A stretch of 32,000 nucleotides of DNA from positions 30,001-62,000 of the forward strand of contig CAYHAA010000013.1 in the NCBI GenBank assembly GCA_964354495.1, read 5' to 3'. The notes under the pieces were generated by a model, which ran no database searches, was not told the DNA's origin, and was given only the letters and a program-made list of their open reading frames with translations. This stretch comes from an uncultured archaeon. GTDB lineage: Archaea; Asgardarchaeota; Thorarchaeia; Thorarchaeales; Thorarchaeaceae. Positions 18,354 to 26,386 of this stretch are shown here, one piece after another; positions within the stretch are counted from its first letter, which is position 1; every line of letters starts with the position of its first letter. Made by a program: the position numbers and the translations under genes.

Positions 18354-19889
18354 CTACTCCTCATCAGGCGCGTCTTTTCTCGATTCATCCTGAGATCCAG
18401 ACATGGTCTGTCCTGATTGGCCGGCATCGTCCATTGGTTCTTCAGAGCCTGTGTCCTCTCCTTGTTTGACAGCAATGCCAGTTTCCTCAGCAGCTCCCGC
18501 CTCAGTCTTGGCTTCCGTCTCAGTCGGTATCCATTTTTTACCTGCATCAATATCGCCCTGGAACTTCTTGATCTGAGTCTTGCGGCTAACATATAGAGCA
18601 ACAATCACTGCAAGGGACATTGTTGCGCCTACGATTGTTATAGTAGTCTGAAACGTACTCGCACTGTCGCCAAGCAACTGCTGCCAAGTGATGACAAGGA
18701 ATGCAAGACCTGCAATATTCATGACGAAAGATCGTAGGGGTGTTCCGACCTTGACGATTTCAGTGACATTCGTATCAACCATTGCTGCAGCAATTACCCC
18801 AGCGTTGTAGTCTGTCGATTTTGTCTTCTTTGCAAGGGTACGTATATCTGAGTGATTCTTCTTGCCCATGACTTTCAGTGCGACAGGCACTTTTGATGCA
18901 AGAAGGTCTGCGTATTGAACTCGGGCATCATCACTTGTCAAATTGCACTTCTTGCACATGTCGAGTTTCTTGTTCCAGTCGCGTCTGCACTTTGGACACT
19001 TATCACCCTGCCAAGCCTCCGGCGCGGTCTCTCTCAGACGCTGTCTGATGATGTACTCGCTGACACTACTGTCCTCTCGTGGTGATTCATCGGAGCTCTT
19101 CTTCTTCCCAAACTTTGTCATTCCAGCAAGCATAGAGAAGAGGAGAGGCAGCGCGCCGATAACTGTCAAGTTAGGTAGCGACTTCAGTTCCGAAGCCTTC
19201 TTCTGAATTCCCCGAAGCTTGTACGCAGTCTTCAGACCATCAAATAGGCTCATGAATCCGTTTCCAGCACCATAGACAGCACCAACAGTTGCTACACTTG
19301 TGGATATTCCAGTTACTGAAGTGACTATATCCAGTGGTGAAGCTGGAATACTGATATAGAAGGAATGGCTCTTCAGAATATTCACTGTCGCATTGCCCTC
19401 AACAAAGTATCTGAAGTCCATTGAAGCCTCTATGATGCCCGTGACGAGTTTGAGAGGGCCATAGTTGAAAATGGAGGAGAAATCAATGAACGCATTGATA
19501 ACAGGAATCGCCATAGTATGGTCGACCCAAACCCAAGTTGAGTTCGTGACCGGCTCGATAATCGTTATTGGAAAGATTGCGATTCCCTGGTAGTAGAACA
19601 TGATGGTGCCGCTCATGTTCAAATCGTGTGCACTTGTCACATTAATCTGGAGTCTGAGCAACATCGGGGTTTCGATATTGAGCACGAGGGGAGAAGACTG
19701 GTGATAGGCATCAATGACGTTTTGTCCGTCGAACGCGGCATAGACGTAGAGTGTGTCATCATGGAGAAAGTCAGTTGGAAATACAGGAACTTGGGCGGTC
19801 GTTATGGTCAGGGTAGATCCCCCAACCAACATCACTAGAAGCAGAGTCATGAATCCAACGAAGACAATCTTTGATGGCGAGCGAGGCAT
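18354..19889 (-). CDS. Membrane protein with exported N-terminal domain, cytoplasmic Zn-ribbon and putative winged helix
   Basis: Signal-like N-terminus; sequons NVT, NMS, NST, NAT; CPKC-x11-CKKC; helix-turn-helix-like DIRTLAKKTKSTDYNAGVIAAAMVDTNV; two C-terminal TMs; acidic tail. Confidence 0.8.
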   Translation of the reverse strand: MPRSPSKIVFVGFMTLLLVMLVGGSTLTITTAQVPVFPTDFLHDDTLYVYAAFDGQNVIDAYHQSSPLVLNIETPMLLRLQINVTSAHDLNMSGTIMFYYQGIAIFPITIIEPVTNSTWVWVDHTMAIPVINAFIDFSSIFNYGPLKLVTGIIEASMDFRYFVEGNATVNILKSHSFYISIPASPLDIVTSVTGISTSVATVGAVYGAGNGFMSLFDGLKTAYKLRGIQKKASELKSLPNLTVIGALPLLFSMLAGMTKFGKKKSSDESPREDSSVSEYIIRQRLRETAPEAWQGDKCPKCRRDWNKKLDMCKKCNLTSDDARVQYADLLASKVPVALKVMGKKNHSDIRTLAKKTKSTDYNAGVIAAAMVDTNVTEIVKVGTPLRSFVMNIAGLAFLVITWQQLLGDSASTFQTTITIVGATMSLAVIVALYVSRKTQIKKFQGDIDAGKKWIPTETEAKTEAGAAEETGIAVKQGEDTGSEEPMDDAGQSGQTMSGSQDESRKDAPDEE

Positions 19890-19961
19890 TTATCGAATTC
19901 AACTCCTGAGGTAACACTGAGAGTGCTCACTGACTGTCAACGATTGAAAAGGGTTTCTGGT

Positions 19962-20375
19962 CTATCGGGGGTTAGATTGCGGTGTTGGTTCTCGAGTTCC
20001 GCGCACCATGTCTGCAACTTTCCTTGCAACAGATGCAAAGCCTTCGCTTTTCTTAAGTACACCCTTGGCACCCACCTCAGCAGCCTGTCTCATTGAATCA
20101 GTATCGAAGTATGCAGTAAGAAGGTGGATGTTGGCAATCCCCATGCTCGTCAAAGTCTTGGTGCACTCAAGACCCCCCATCTCAGGCATCTTCATATCCA
20201 TAAGAACAAAGTCCGGAGGATGACCCTCTTTGATGCAGTTCTTCGCCAATCCGATGGCTTCCTGACCATTTGATGCTGTAATGAGTTCGAAGTCGTCAAG
20301 GAACTTCTTCAGGTACGCGTTCATTACTTCATGAATCGCTGGTTCATCATCAACAATCAGGATACGGAGTGACAC
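19962..20375 (-). CDS. Stand-alone response regulator receiver (CheY-like)
   Basis: ILIVDDE, phosphoacceptor DFVLMD*MKMP, LLTAY, VLKK; GGTGA SD. Confidence 0.95.
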   Translation of the reverse strand: MSLRILIVDDEPAIHEVMNAYLKKFLDDFELITASNGQEAIGLAKNCIKEGHPPDFVLMDMKMPEMGGLECTKTLTSMGIANIHLLTAYFDTDSMRQAAEVGAKGVLKKSEGFASVARKVADMVRGTREPTPQSNPR

Positions 20376-20521
20376 GAATGATTCACCACAATGGATTCAA
20401 CGATGAATAATAGTCAGGACACCTTATCAATAGTTTGTTCCGATTACCCCTTATGATGTGGCAGTGCTCTTCGCGAATCTATTTAACTAGCATTTGCAAT
20501 CCATGCTCTCAGGTGCTACTC

Positions 20522-21610
20522 ATGGTCTTTAAACGAATGCCTCTAGAAATCTGGTTTGACGAATACCAATTCGAAATCGATTATGATATCGGCGAGAGTG
20601 GAATGAAGTTCCTCTCCCTAAAGAAGCTCGGAATTGATCTCAATGAAGTCGAATTGCGCTATGGCTACCATCTCGGACATCCAGATTTGAGGATGGAGAT
20701 AGCGAAGCAGTATAAGGGCATGACTTGGGAGAATGTTGCAGTCACAACGGGTGCAAGTGAGGGCAACTTTTCAGTCATAGGGCATCTAGTTGGAACGAAG
20801 GACCATATCATTGTGGAGCATCCCACCTATCCTTCATTGTATCAGATACCTAGATCTCTTGAGAGAGATCTCTCACTATTCAGACTGAAATGGAATGATG
20901 AGTTCAGGCCAGATATGGATGAATTACGTAAACTGGTCAAGCCAAATACTAAGTTAATCACGCTAACCCATCCGAATAATCCGACTGGCTCTGTGATAAC
21001 AGAGGACGAGTTGAAGGAGGCCATTGAGATTGCTGAAAAAGCGGGCGCGTATCTTATGGTGGACGAGACCTACCGGGATATGATGTTTGGCAATCCCCCG
21101 CCACTGGCAGCAACGATGAGCCCGAACGCTATTAGTCTGACTAGTATGTCTAAGACATGGGGACTTCCTGGTATTCGTATTGGCTGGGTCGTCGCTGACA
21201 CATCCATCATTGAGGCGATCAGAACAGTGCGGGAACAGGTGACAATCTGCAACTCCTCTCTGGGAGAAGCAATTGCCAAAGCAATCCTGAAACAGAGGAA
21301 GACACTGCTCACGAATCTTCGAAAATCGATGCTGACGAACTTCAAGATTCTTGAGAATTGGATGAACAATCAAAAATGGCTCGAATGGATTGAGCCCAAG
21401 AGTGGTGTCGTGGGAGCTCCAAGACTTGTCCGTGGAGGAAGCACCGATGAACTCTGCCAGTTGCTGGTGACCAAGTATCGTACTTTCACAGTGCCCGGTT
21501 CAAGGATGGAACTTGATGGACACCTCAGAATAGGCTTTGGTGGAGAACCAGAAGAACTTGCGAAAGGACTTGAACAGCTAGGTCTAGCCTTGAAAGAGAT
21601 CCATAAGTGA
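20522..21610 (+). CDS. PLP-dependent aminotransferase class I/II
   Basis: HPNNPTG, LMVDETY, SMSKTWGLPGIRIGW (PLP Lys). ATG at 20522 preferred, with TATA-like TATTTAA at 20480-20486. Confidence 0.93.
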   Translation: MVFKRMPLEIWFDEYQFEIDYDIGESGMKFLSLKKLGIDLNEVELRYGYHLGHPDLRMEIAKQYKGMTWENVAVTTGASEGNFSVIGHLVGTKDHIIVEHPTYPSLYQIPRSLERDLSLFRLKWNDEFRPDMDELRKLVKPNTKLITLTHPNNPTGSVITEDELKEAIEIAEKAGAYLMVDETYRDMMFGNPPPLAATMSPNAISLTSMSKTWGLPGIRIGWVVADTSIIEAIRTVREQVTICNSSLGEAIAKAILKQRKTLLTNLRKSMLTNFKILENWMNNQKWLEWIEPKSGVVGAPRLVRGGSTDELCQLLVTKYRTFTVPGSRMELDGHLRIGFGGEPEELAKGLEQLGLALKEIHK

Positions 21611-21651
21611 GTATTCTATAGGTGTTCATTAGGGTACGGACGGACGTGTAG

Positions 21652-22161
21652 TTGGATGTGTCGTGTCAAATGGTCGAATCAGATGATTCGCTAGAGCAGC
21701 ATACCAAGGCAGTCTGGACTGATATTGTGCACCTCACGCCTGAGCGCAGACAAGTCAATGTCCGGTTTAGAATCATCAGAAAGGGAGTCTCGAGGAGAGT
21801 TAGTTCGAAATCCTCAGGCAGGCAGTACGAAGTCTCGGACTGCGTAGTTGCGGATTCTACTGCACGAATCAATCTGACTATCTGGAATGAAGATGTTGAC
21901 CGCATTAGTCAGAACCATTCATACTGTCTCCTGAATGGACACATCAACATCCTTGACGAATGCATGAGTCTCTCGGCAGGACACCACGGGAAGATTATAG
22001 AATCAGATGTACCAATCGAGAACACAGATGACGAGATTGATATGAGTCGTCCCTTCATGGGGAAACCCAAGCGTCCGAAATCCCGATTCACAACCTCTAG
22101 AGTCCTTCAGGGCACAATTGGCCGGGAAGCGGGCGGATACCCGTCACGGAAGTCCTTTTGA
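21652..22161 (+). CDS. Single OB-fold ssDNA-binding protein (SSB/RPA-like), divergent
   Basis: VNVRFRII...VVADSTARINLTIWNED...NGHI...G..GKI matches the archaeal single-OB SSB pattern; basic disordered tail. Confidence 0.78.
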   Translation: MDVSCQMVESDDSLEQHTKAVWTDIVHLTPERRQVNVRFRIIRKGVSRRVSSKSSGRQYEVSDCVVADSTARINLTIWNEDVDRISQNHSYCLLNGHINILDECMSLSAGHHGKIIESDVPIENTDDEIDMSRPFMGKPKRPKSRFTTSRVLQGTIGREAGGYPSRKSF

Positions 22162-22201
22162 GGTCGAACGAACAAGACTTGCCGTGATTGGTGCGTCGAA
22201 A

Positions 22202-23101
22202 ATGATACTGAGATTCCAGAATGTTGATGTTCCCTATCCGCTTTCTCTCCTGAGAGGAAGACTCAGGCTTAGCGGGCTGCAGGACACCGAGGTGTCTAGT
22301 ATCGTCGCTGGTTCCATCGTAAGCCACCCCTCTTCGGAGTTTAAGACTGAAATGGACCTTGTCAGTTCCATCGAGAATGCCCTAGAGGAATATCCGCAGC
22401 ATGTTCGCGAGAACTTCCGGTTACTGACTGCATATGAGCAGACTCGCGGCATGTCAGACTCGGGTCGGTCTCTCATCTTGGTCCTCGAGGGAGCTTCAGC
22501 GACAGGCAAATCAATGCTCGCGATGGAGTTGCTTCAAGACCTTGCGGCTACGCGATTCATCAGCACTGACACAATACGGCAGGTCATCAAAGGAATCCAT
22601 ACCGAGCAGGACCATCCCGAACTATATTGCCACACTTACCAAGCACACAAGTATAGAGAGTCAGGCGACCCATCACTTGATTCGGTCGTCCGGGGATTCA
22701 TTGCACAGTCCGAACTAATCATGCCCCATGTGCAAGGCCTAGTAGGAAGAATCAATGAAGAGGGAGCAATTGCTATTATCGAAGGTGTTCATGTTGAGCC
22801 CGGGAGCTTCAAGAGTATGGGTGCGAATGTACTTGAAGTCGTCATCAATCCGAGTTTCAAGACTCACAGAGCCATGTTCCTGAGTAAGCATGCAGCAGGC
22901 AAGTTGAGAACTGTTTCGGAGAACTCATCTGTTCGCACAAAGGAATTCAAGGCCACGAGGATGATTCAAGACTACCTTGTTTCCTGCGCATTGAAGCACG
23001 GTGTGCCCGTAGTTGAAATGGAGAGCTATGAGATGGCTCATCTTGAAATCTCTAAACTCATCATTGGGAGAGTGAGGGATCTTGTTGGAATTCATGACTG
23101 A
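22202..23101 (+). CDS. 2-phosphoglycerate kinase-like P-loop kinase
   Basis: Walker A GASATGKS, ISTDTIRQV, IIEGVHVEPG; N-terminal ATP-cone-like segment; ATG at 22202 preferred over the track start. Confidence 0.82.
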   Translation: MILRFQNVDVPYPLSLLRGRLRLSGLQDTEVSSIVAGSIVSHPSSEFKTEMDLVSSIENALEEYPQHVRENFRLLTAYEQTRGMSDSGRSLILVLEGASATGKSMLAMELLQDLAATRFISTDTIRQVIKGIHTEQDHPELYCHTYQAHKYRESGDPSLDSVVRGFIAQSELIMPHVQGLVGRINEEGAIAIIEGVHVEPGSFKSMGANVLEVVINPSFKTHRAMFLSKHAAGKLRTVSENSSVRTKEFKATRMIQDYLVSCALKHGVPVVEMESYEMAHLEISKLIIGRVRDLVGIHD

Positions 23102-23116
23102 GGAGAAGGACACACT

Positions 23117-24517
23117 ATGAGCTGGAAAAACGATTCACTTGATAGACTATTCAATCCGCGTGCTATTGCAGTAGTTGGAGCGTCGGACAAGCCAGACAAA
23201 CTTGGTGCCCTGTCTCTGCTAGCGCTACATTCCTATGAGGGAACTGTTGTACCTGTGAACCCTCGACTCAAATCAATCCGAGGACTTGAATGCTATCCGA
23301 CCGTGGAGTCGATAGATGCCCAAATAGACCTTGCAATCGTAGCCGTCGGCCCACAGCACGTACTTCCTGCACTGGAGGATTGTGCCGCTGCGAAGGTAGG
23401 AGGTGCCATCATTTTCTCTGCGGGATTCAAGGAATTGGGCGGACTTGGAATAGAGCACCAACTCCTCCTCAGAAAGCTGGTCGACAAAGCCCACATAGCT
23501 GTTATTGGGCCAAACTGTTTGGGTGCTGGCAATCCGAGAATCGGCCTCAATGCTACATTCTTCCCGCATCCGGTTACGATGAGGAAAGGAACAGCCGCAT
23601 TGGTGAGCCAGAGTGGAGGAGTCACCGGCCTCATGCTCTATCGCGCCTCGGACGTTGGCCTTGGAGTGTCCAAGTTCGCCAGCGTTGGAAACAGAGTGAA
23701 TATCGATTTTCATGACATGGTGCGCTACCTCCGAGATGATCCTCAGACCGAAGTAATCTGTCTATTCATCGAGGGGACTGAGTATGGTCGCGAAATGATG
23801 AGTGAGATTGGCAAGACAACCCCATTGAAACCAGTAATCGTCTACAAGGTGGGCAAAACACCCTCGTCTCGAGAAGCCGCCTTGAGCCACACTGGGAGTC
23901 TTGCTGGGAACGCAGAACTCTATAGCGCTGCAATAAGACAATCAGGAGGGATTGAGGTCTCCGGGATTGAGGATATGATCGACCTCGGGTATCTCCTCTC
24001 AACCTCGAAACATCGCCCCAAAGGAAATCGAGTCGCAGTCGTGACCCATACGCTTGGAATTGCGCTTATTGTTGCACAGGTACTTGAAGAGAATGGAGTG
24101 ATCCTACCTGCTCCATCTGAGAGAGATGCGAAGCTGATTCAGGATAGTCTTGGCATGCCCGTTGAGATACCTATCAAGAATCCCATAGACCTGCTGGCGA
24201 CCGGCTGGGCGAATCCTAAGATCTTCGCTGGTGCGCTAGAGCTCATCCTCCATGAGGAGCAATACGATGCTGTAGTCATTGTCTTTTCACCAAACTATCA
24301 GGAGAGTATAGGGGGAGGGATGCCTATCAATGAGATTGTCAAGCTTGCTCAAGAAGCCGACAAACCAGTCATCAGTGTCTTGACTTCGCCTGATTCACGA
24401 AAACCGCCCGGGTATGAAACTCTTGAAGCTGGCGGAATCCCGTTCTATTCTAGTCCGCAGAGAGCTGCAAGAGCACTCAGCTATGCAATCAGACTTGCAC
24501 AAGCCAGATTGGCGTAG
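23117..24517 (+). CDS. acdA: Acyl-CoA synthetase (NDP-forming) alpha subunit
   Basis: FNPRAIAVVGAS, VIGPNCLG, SQSGG, phospho-His SHTGSLAG, NPIDL. Confidence 0.9.
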   Translation: MSWKNDSLDRLFNPRAIAVVGASDKPDKLGALSLLALHSYEGTVVPVNPRLKSIRGLECYPTVESIDAQIDLAIVAVGPQHVLPALEDCAAAKVGGAIIFSAGFKELGGLGIEHQLLLRKLVDKAHIAVIGPNCLGAGNPRIGLNATFFPHPVTMRKGTAALVSQSGGVTGLMLYRASDVGLGVSKFASVGNRVNIDFHDMVRYLRDDPQTEVICLFIEGTEYGREMMSEIGKTTPLKPVIVYKVGKTPSSREAALSHTGSLAGNAELYSAAIRQSGGIEVSGIEDMIDLGYLLSTSKHRPKGNRVAVVTHTLGIALIVAQVLEENGVILPAPSERDAKLIQDSLGMPVEIPIKNPIDLLATGWANPKIFAGALELILHEEQYDAVVIVFSPNYQESIGGGMPINEIVKLAQEADKPVISVLTSPDSRKPPGYETLEAGGIPFYSSPQRAARALSYAIRLAQARLA

Positions 24518-24523
24518 CCATGG

Positions 24524-24549
24524 GAAAAAGAAGCCGCCGTATCAGCGGC
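24524..24549 (-). terminator. Hairpin plus U-tract terminator candidate for trpB2
   Basis: GCCGC-7nt-GCGGC (24533-24549) followed on the minus strand by TTCTTTTT. Confidence 0.55.
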
Positions 24550-24579
24550 ATCACAATAGATCAATTCACTTCCTGAGAG

Positions 24580-25908
24580 TCAGTACGATACGGAATTCAG
24601 CGTCCCATCTAGTAGGGCTCCATAGGCTGCCATATCGAAGTGCCCATGACCTGAGAGATTCAAGATTATCACTCTTTCCTCATTTCGTTTCTTTGCATCG
24701 AGTGCAATATCGATTGCAGCCTTTATCGCGTGGGCAGATTCTGGAGCTGGAATGATACCCTCGGTTCTCGCAAAGAGCATACCCGCTTGCAGGACCTCAA
24801 TCTGATCATAGGCGCGGGGCGTGATTCTGCCCTCTTCCACCAAGGCACTAACTGTAGGAGCCATGCCATGGTATCTGAGGCCCCCCGCATGTATCTTTGG
24901 AGGAACGAAGTCTGCCCCGAGGGTGTACATCTTGAGCTTGGGAGTCATTCCAGCAGTATCACCGAAATCATACTTGTACTCACCCTTTGTTAGAGAGGGG
25001 CAGGCAGATGGTTCCACAGCGATATACTCGCAGTCACGAAAACGCTCATCAGCAAGAAAGGGGAAACTCATTCCTGCAAAGTTGCTGCCTCCGCCCACAC
25101 AGCCAATCAGTACATTGGGAGTCTCTTCAATAGAAGCCAGTTGAGCGATTATTTCCTGACCAATCACAGTCTGATGAAGAAGCACGAAGTTTAGAACTGA
25201 CCCGAGGGCGTATTTCGTATTCGGATGATTCCTAGTGTCTTCAAGAGCTTCACTGATCGCAATCCCAAGAGTCCCTGGATGATCTGGCTGTTCACGATTG
25301 ACCCTTCTTCCAAACTCAGTCCGATCCGATGGACTGGGAATGACCTCAGCACCATACATCCTCATCAGAATACCTCTGTATTGCTTTTGTTGATAGCTTA
25401 TTCGAACCATATAGATCATGGCTTCAAGTCCGAAATAGGAGCAAGCCAGAGCAACAGCACTTCCCCACTGTCCAGCTCCAGTCTCGGTCGCCAGTCGTTC
25501 TACTCCTTCTCTTTGGGCATAATACGCCTGTGCGATAGCAGTATTCAGCTTGTGGCTTCCTGTAGGTGAAACATCCTCTCTCTTGTAGTAGATGCGACAA
25601 GGCGTCTTCAAGCTCTTTTCAAGACCAACAGCCCTCTGTAAAGGCGTAGGTCTTCCTGAGGCCATTAGTATCTCTCGCACTCTCACGGGAATAGAGATTC
25701 TCCTCTCTCTTGCGACTTCTTGCTTGACGCACTCCCTAGGAAAGATGTCGAGCAATGCCTTGGGTTCAATTGGCTCATCAGTTGCGGGATTCAACGGCGG
25801 GGGGAGAGGTTTCTGCAGGTATGGCAGGATATTCACGTATTTGTTCGGCGTTTCTTCAGGATCTAAGAGTATCCGTGTCTTCATTCGACTCATTTTTTTC
25901 AGACTCAT
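24580..25908 (-). CDS. trpB2: Tryptophan synthase beta chain type 2 (TrpB2), stand-alone
   Basis: [15 protein letters not shown] (PLP Lys), [41 protein letters not shown]; in-frame ATGs at 25908, 25893 and 25884; no trpA in the window. Confidence 0.95.
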   Translation of the reverse strand: MSLKKMSRMKTRILLDPEETPNKYVNILPYLQKPLPPPLNPATDEPIEPKALLDIFPRECVKQEVARERRISIPVRVREILMASGRPTPLQRAVGLEKSLKTPCRIYYKREDVSPTGSHKLNTAIAQAYYAQREGVERLATETGAGQWGSAVALACSYFGLEAMIYMVRISYQQKQYRGILMRMYGAEVIPSPSDRTEFGRRVNREQPDHPGTLGIAISEALEDTRNHPNTKYALGSVLNFVLLHQTVIGQEIIAQLASIEETPNVLIGCVGGGSNFAGMSFPFLADERFRDCEYIAVEPSACPSLTKGEYKYDFGDTAGMTPKLKMYTLGADFVPPKIHAGGLRYHGMAPTVSALVEEGRITPRAYDQIEVLQAGMLFARTEGIIPAPESAHAIKAAIDIALDAKKRNEERVIILNLSGHGHFDMAAYGALLDGTLNSVSY

Positions 25909-26055
25909 TCTACTTGCCGCTTCTGAGTGACAGCACCTCTTCTGAAGATGAATCGACTGTGAGTCCAGTTCATGCCATCACAGAAAGACAAGCATTCTGT
26001 GACTTGTCTTCGAGAAGAAGACGCATTCGTGCCACCGATGGCCATAATTGGCGAA
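25885..26055 (-). promoter_or_regulatory. Structured trpB2 leader with mutually exclusive hairpins
   Basis: Stems 26022-26017/26011-26006, 26010-26003/25992-25985 and 26002-25995/25985-25978; 25956-25948 can pair with 25893-25885. Confidence 0.6.
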
Positions 26056-26059
26056 GCAG

Positions 26060-26113
26060 CTAAACGGGCCAGAAGAGGCCCCACTGCCATTGGCCAAGGC
26101 ACACTCGAATCAT
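26060..26113 (-). CDS. Putative Trp-rich leader peptide (MIRVCLGQWQWGLFWPV)
   Basis: ATG at 26113 to TAG at 26060; three TGG codons; lies between the TATA box and trpB2; below the ORF-track size cutoff. Confidence 0.65.
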   Translation of the reverse strand: MIRVCLGQWQWGLFWPV

Positions 26114-26155
26114 GCTTTCACGCCCAGAAACGGTAACTCCTGAGCAATTTCGCCG

Positions 26156-26164
26156 AAATATAAA
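26156..26164 (-). promoter_or_regulatory. TATA box for the trpB2 leader transcript
   Basis: Minus strand TTTATATTT; predicts a TSS at about 26135-26140, just upstream of the leader ATG. Confidence 0.65.
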
Positions 26165-26167
26165 CAT

Positions 26168-26203
26168 TGTGCAGAAAGCGACATTAATGTATATTTCTGT
26201 ACA
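26168..26203. promoter_or_regulatory. 36-bp imperfect palindrome, candidate operator
   Basis: TGT-g-CAGAAA-gcg-ACATTAATGT-ata-TTTCTG-t-ACA; 14 of 18 symmetric positions are complementary. Confidence 0.55.
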
Positions 26204-26386
26204 CTGAGACTTCTGCAGGAGCTGTTACGCATTCTGTATATTCTAGGAAGGAATTCACGGATGGGAGAGCACGGACTCGTCGTCATACTGCCCGACGGAT
26301 GTACGAGGCACTCAGAGGTTGGAGTTTCTCCCAGAACTGTTAAATCTCACTTCCGGCATCTGCATGTCGCACAGGATGAGCCTGAA

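Noticed and set aside
26261-26386. N-terminal extension of the GTPase in the ORF track
   Set aside because: No domain character; an SD-like motif and a TTAAAT box support ATG 26387.
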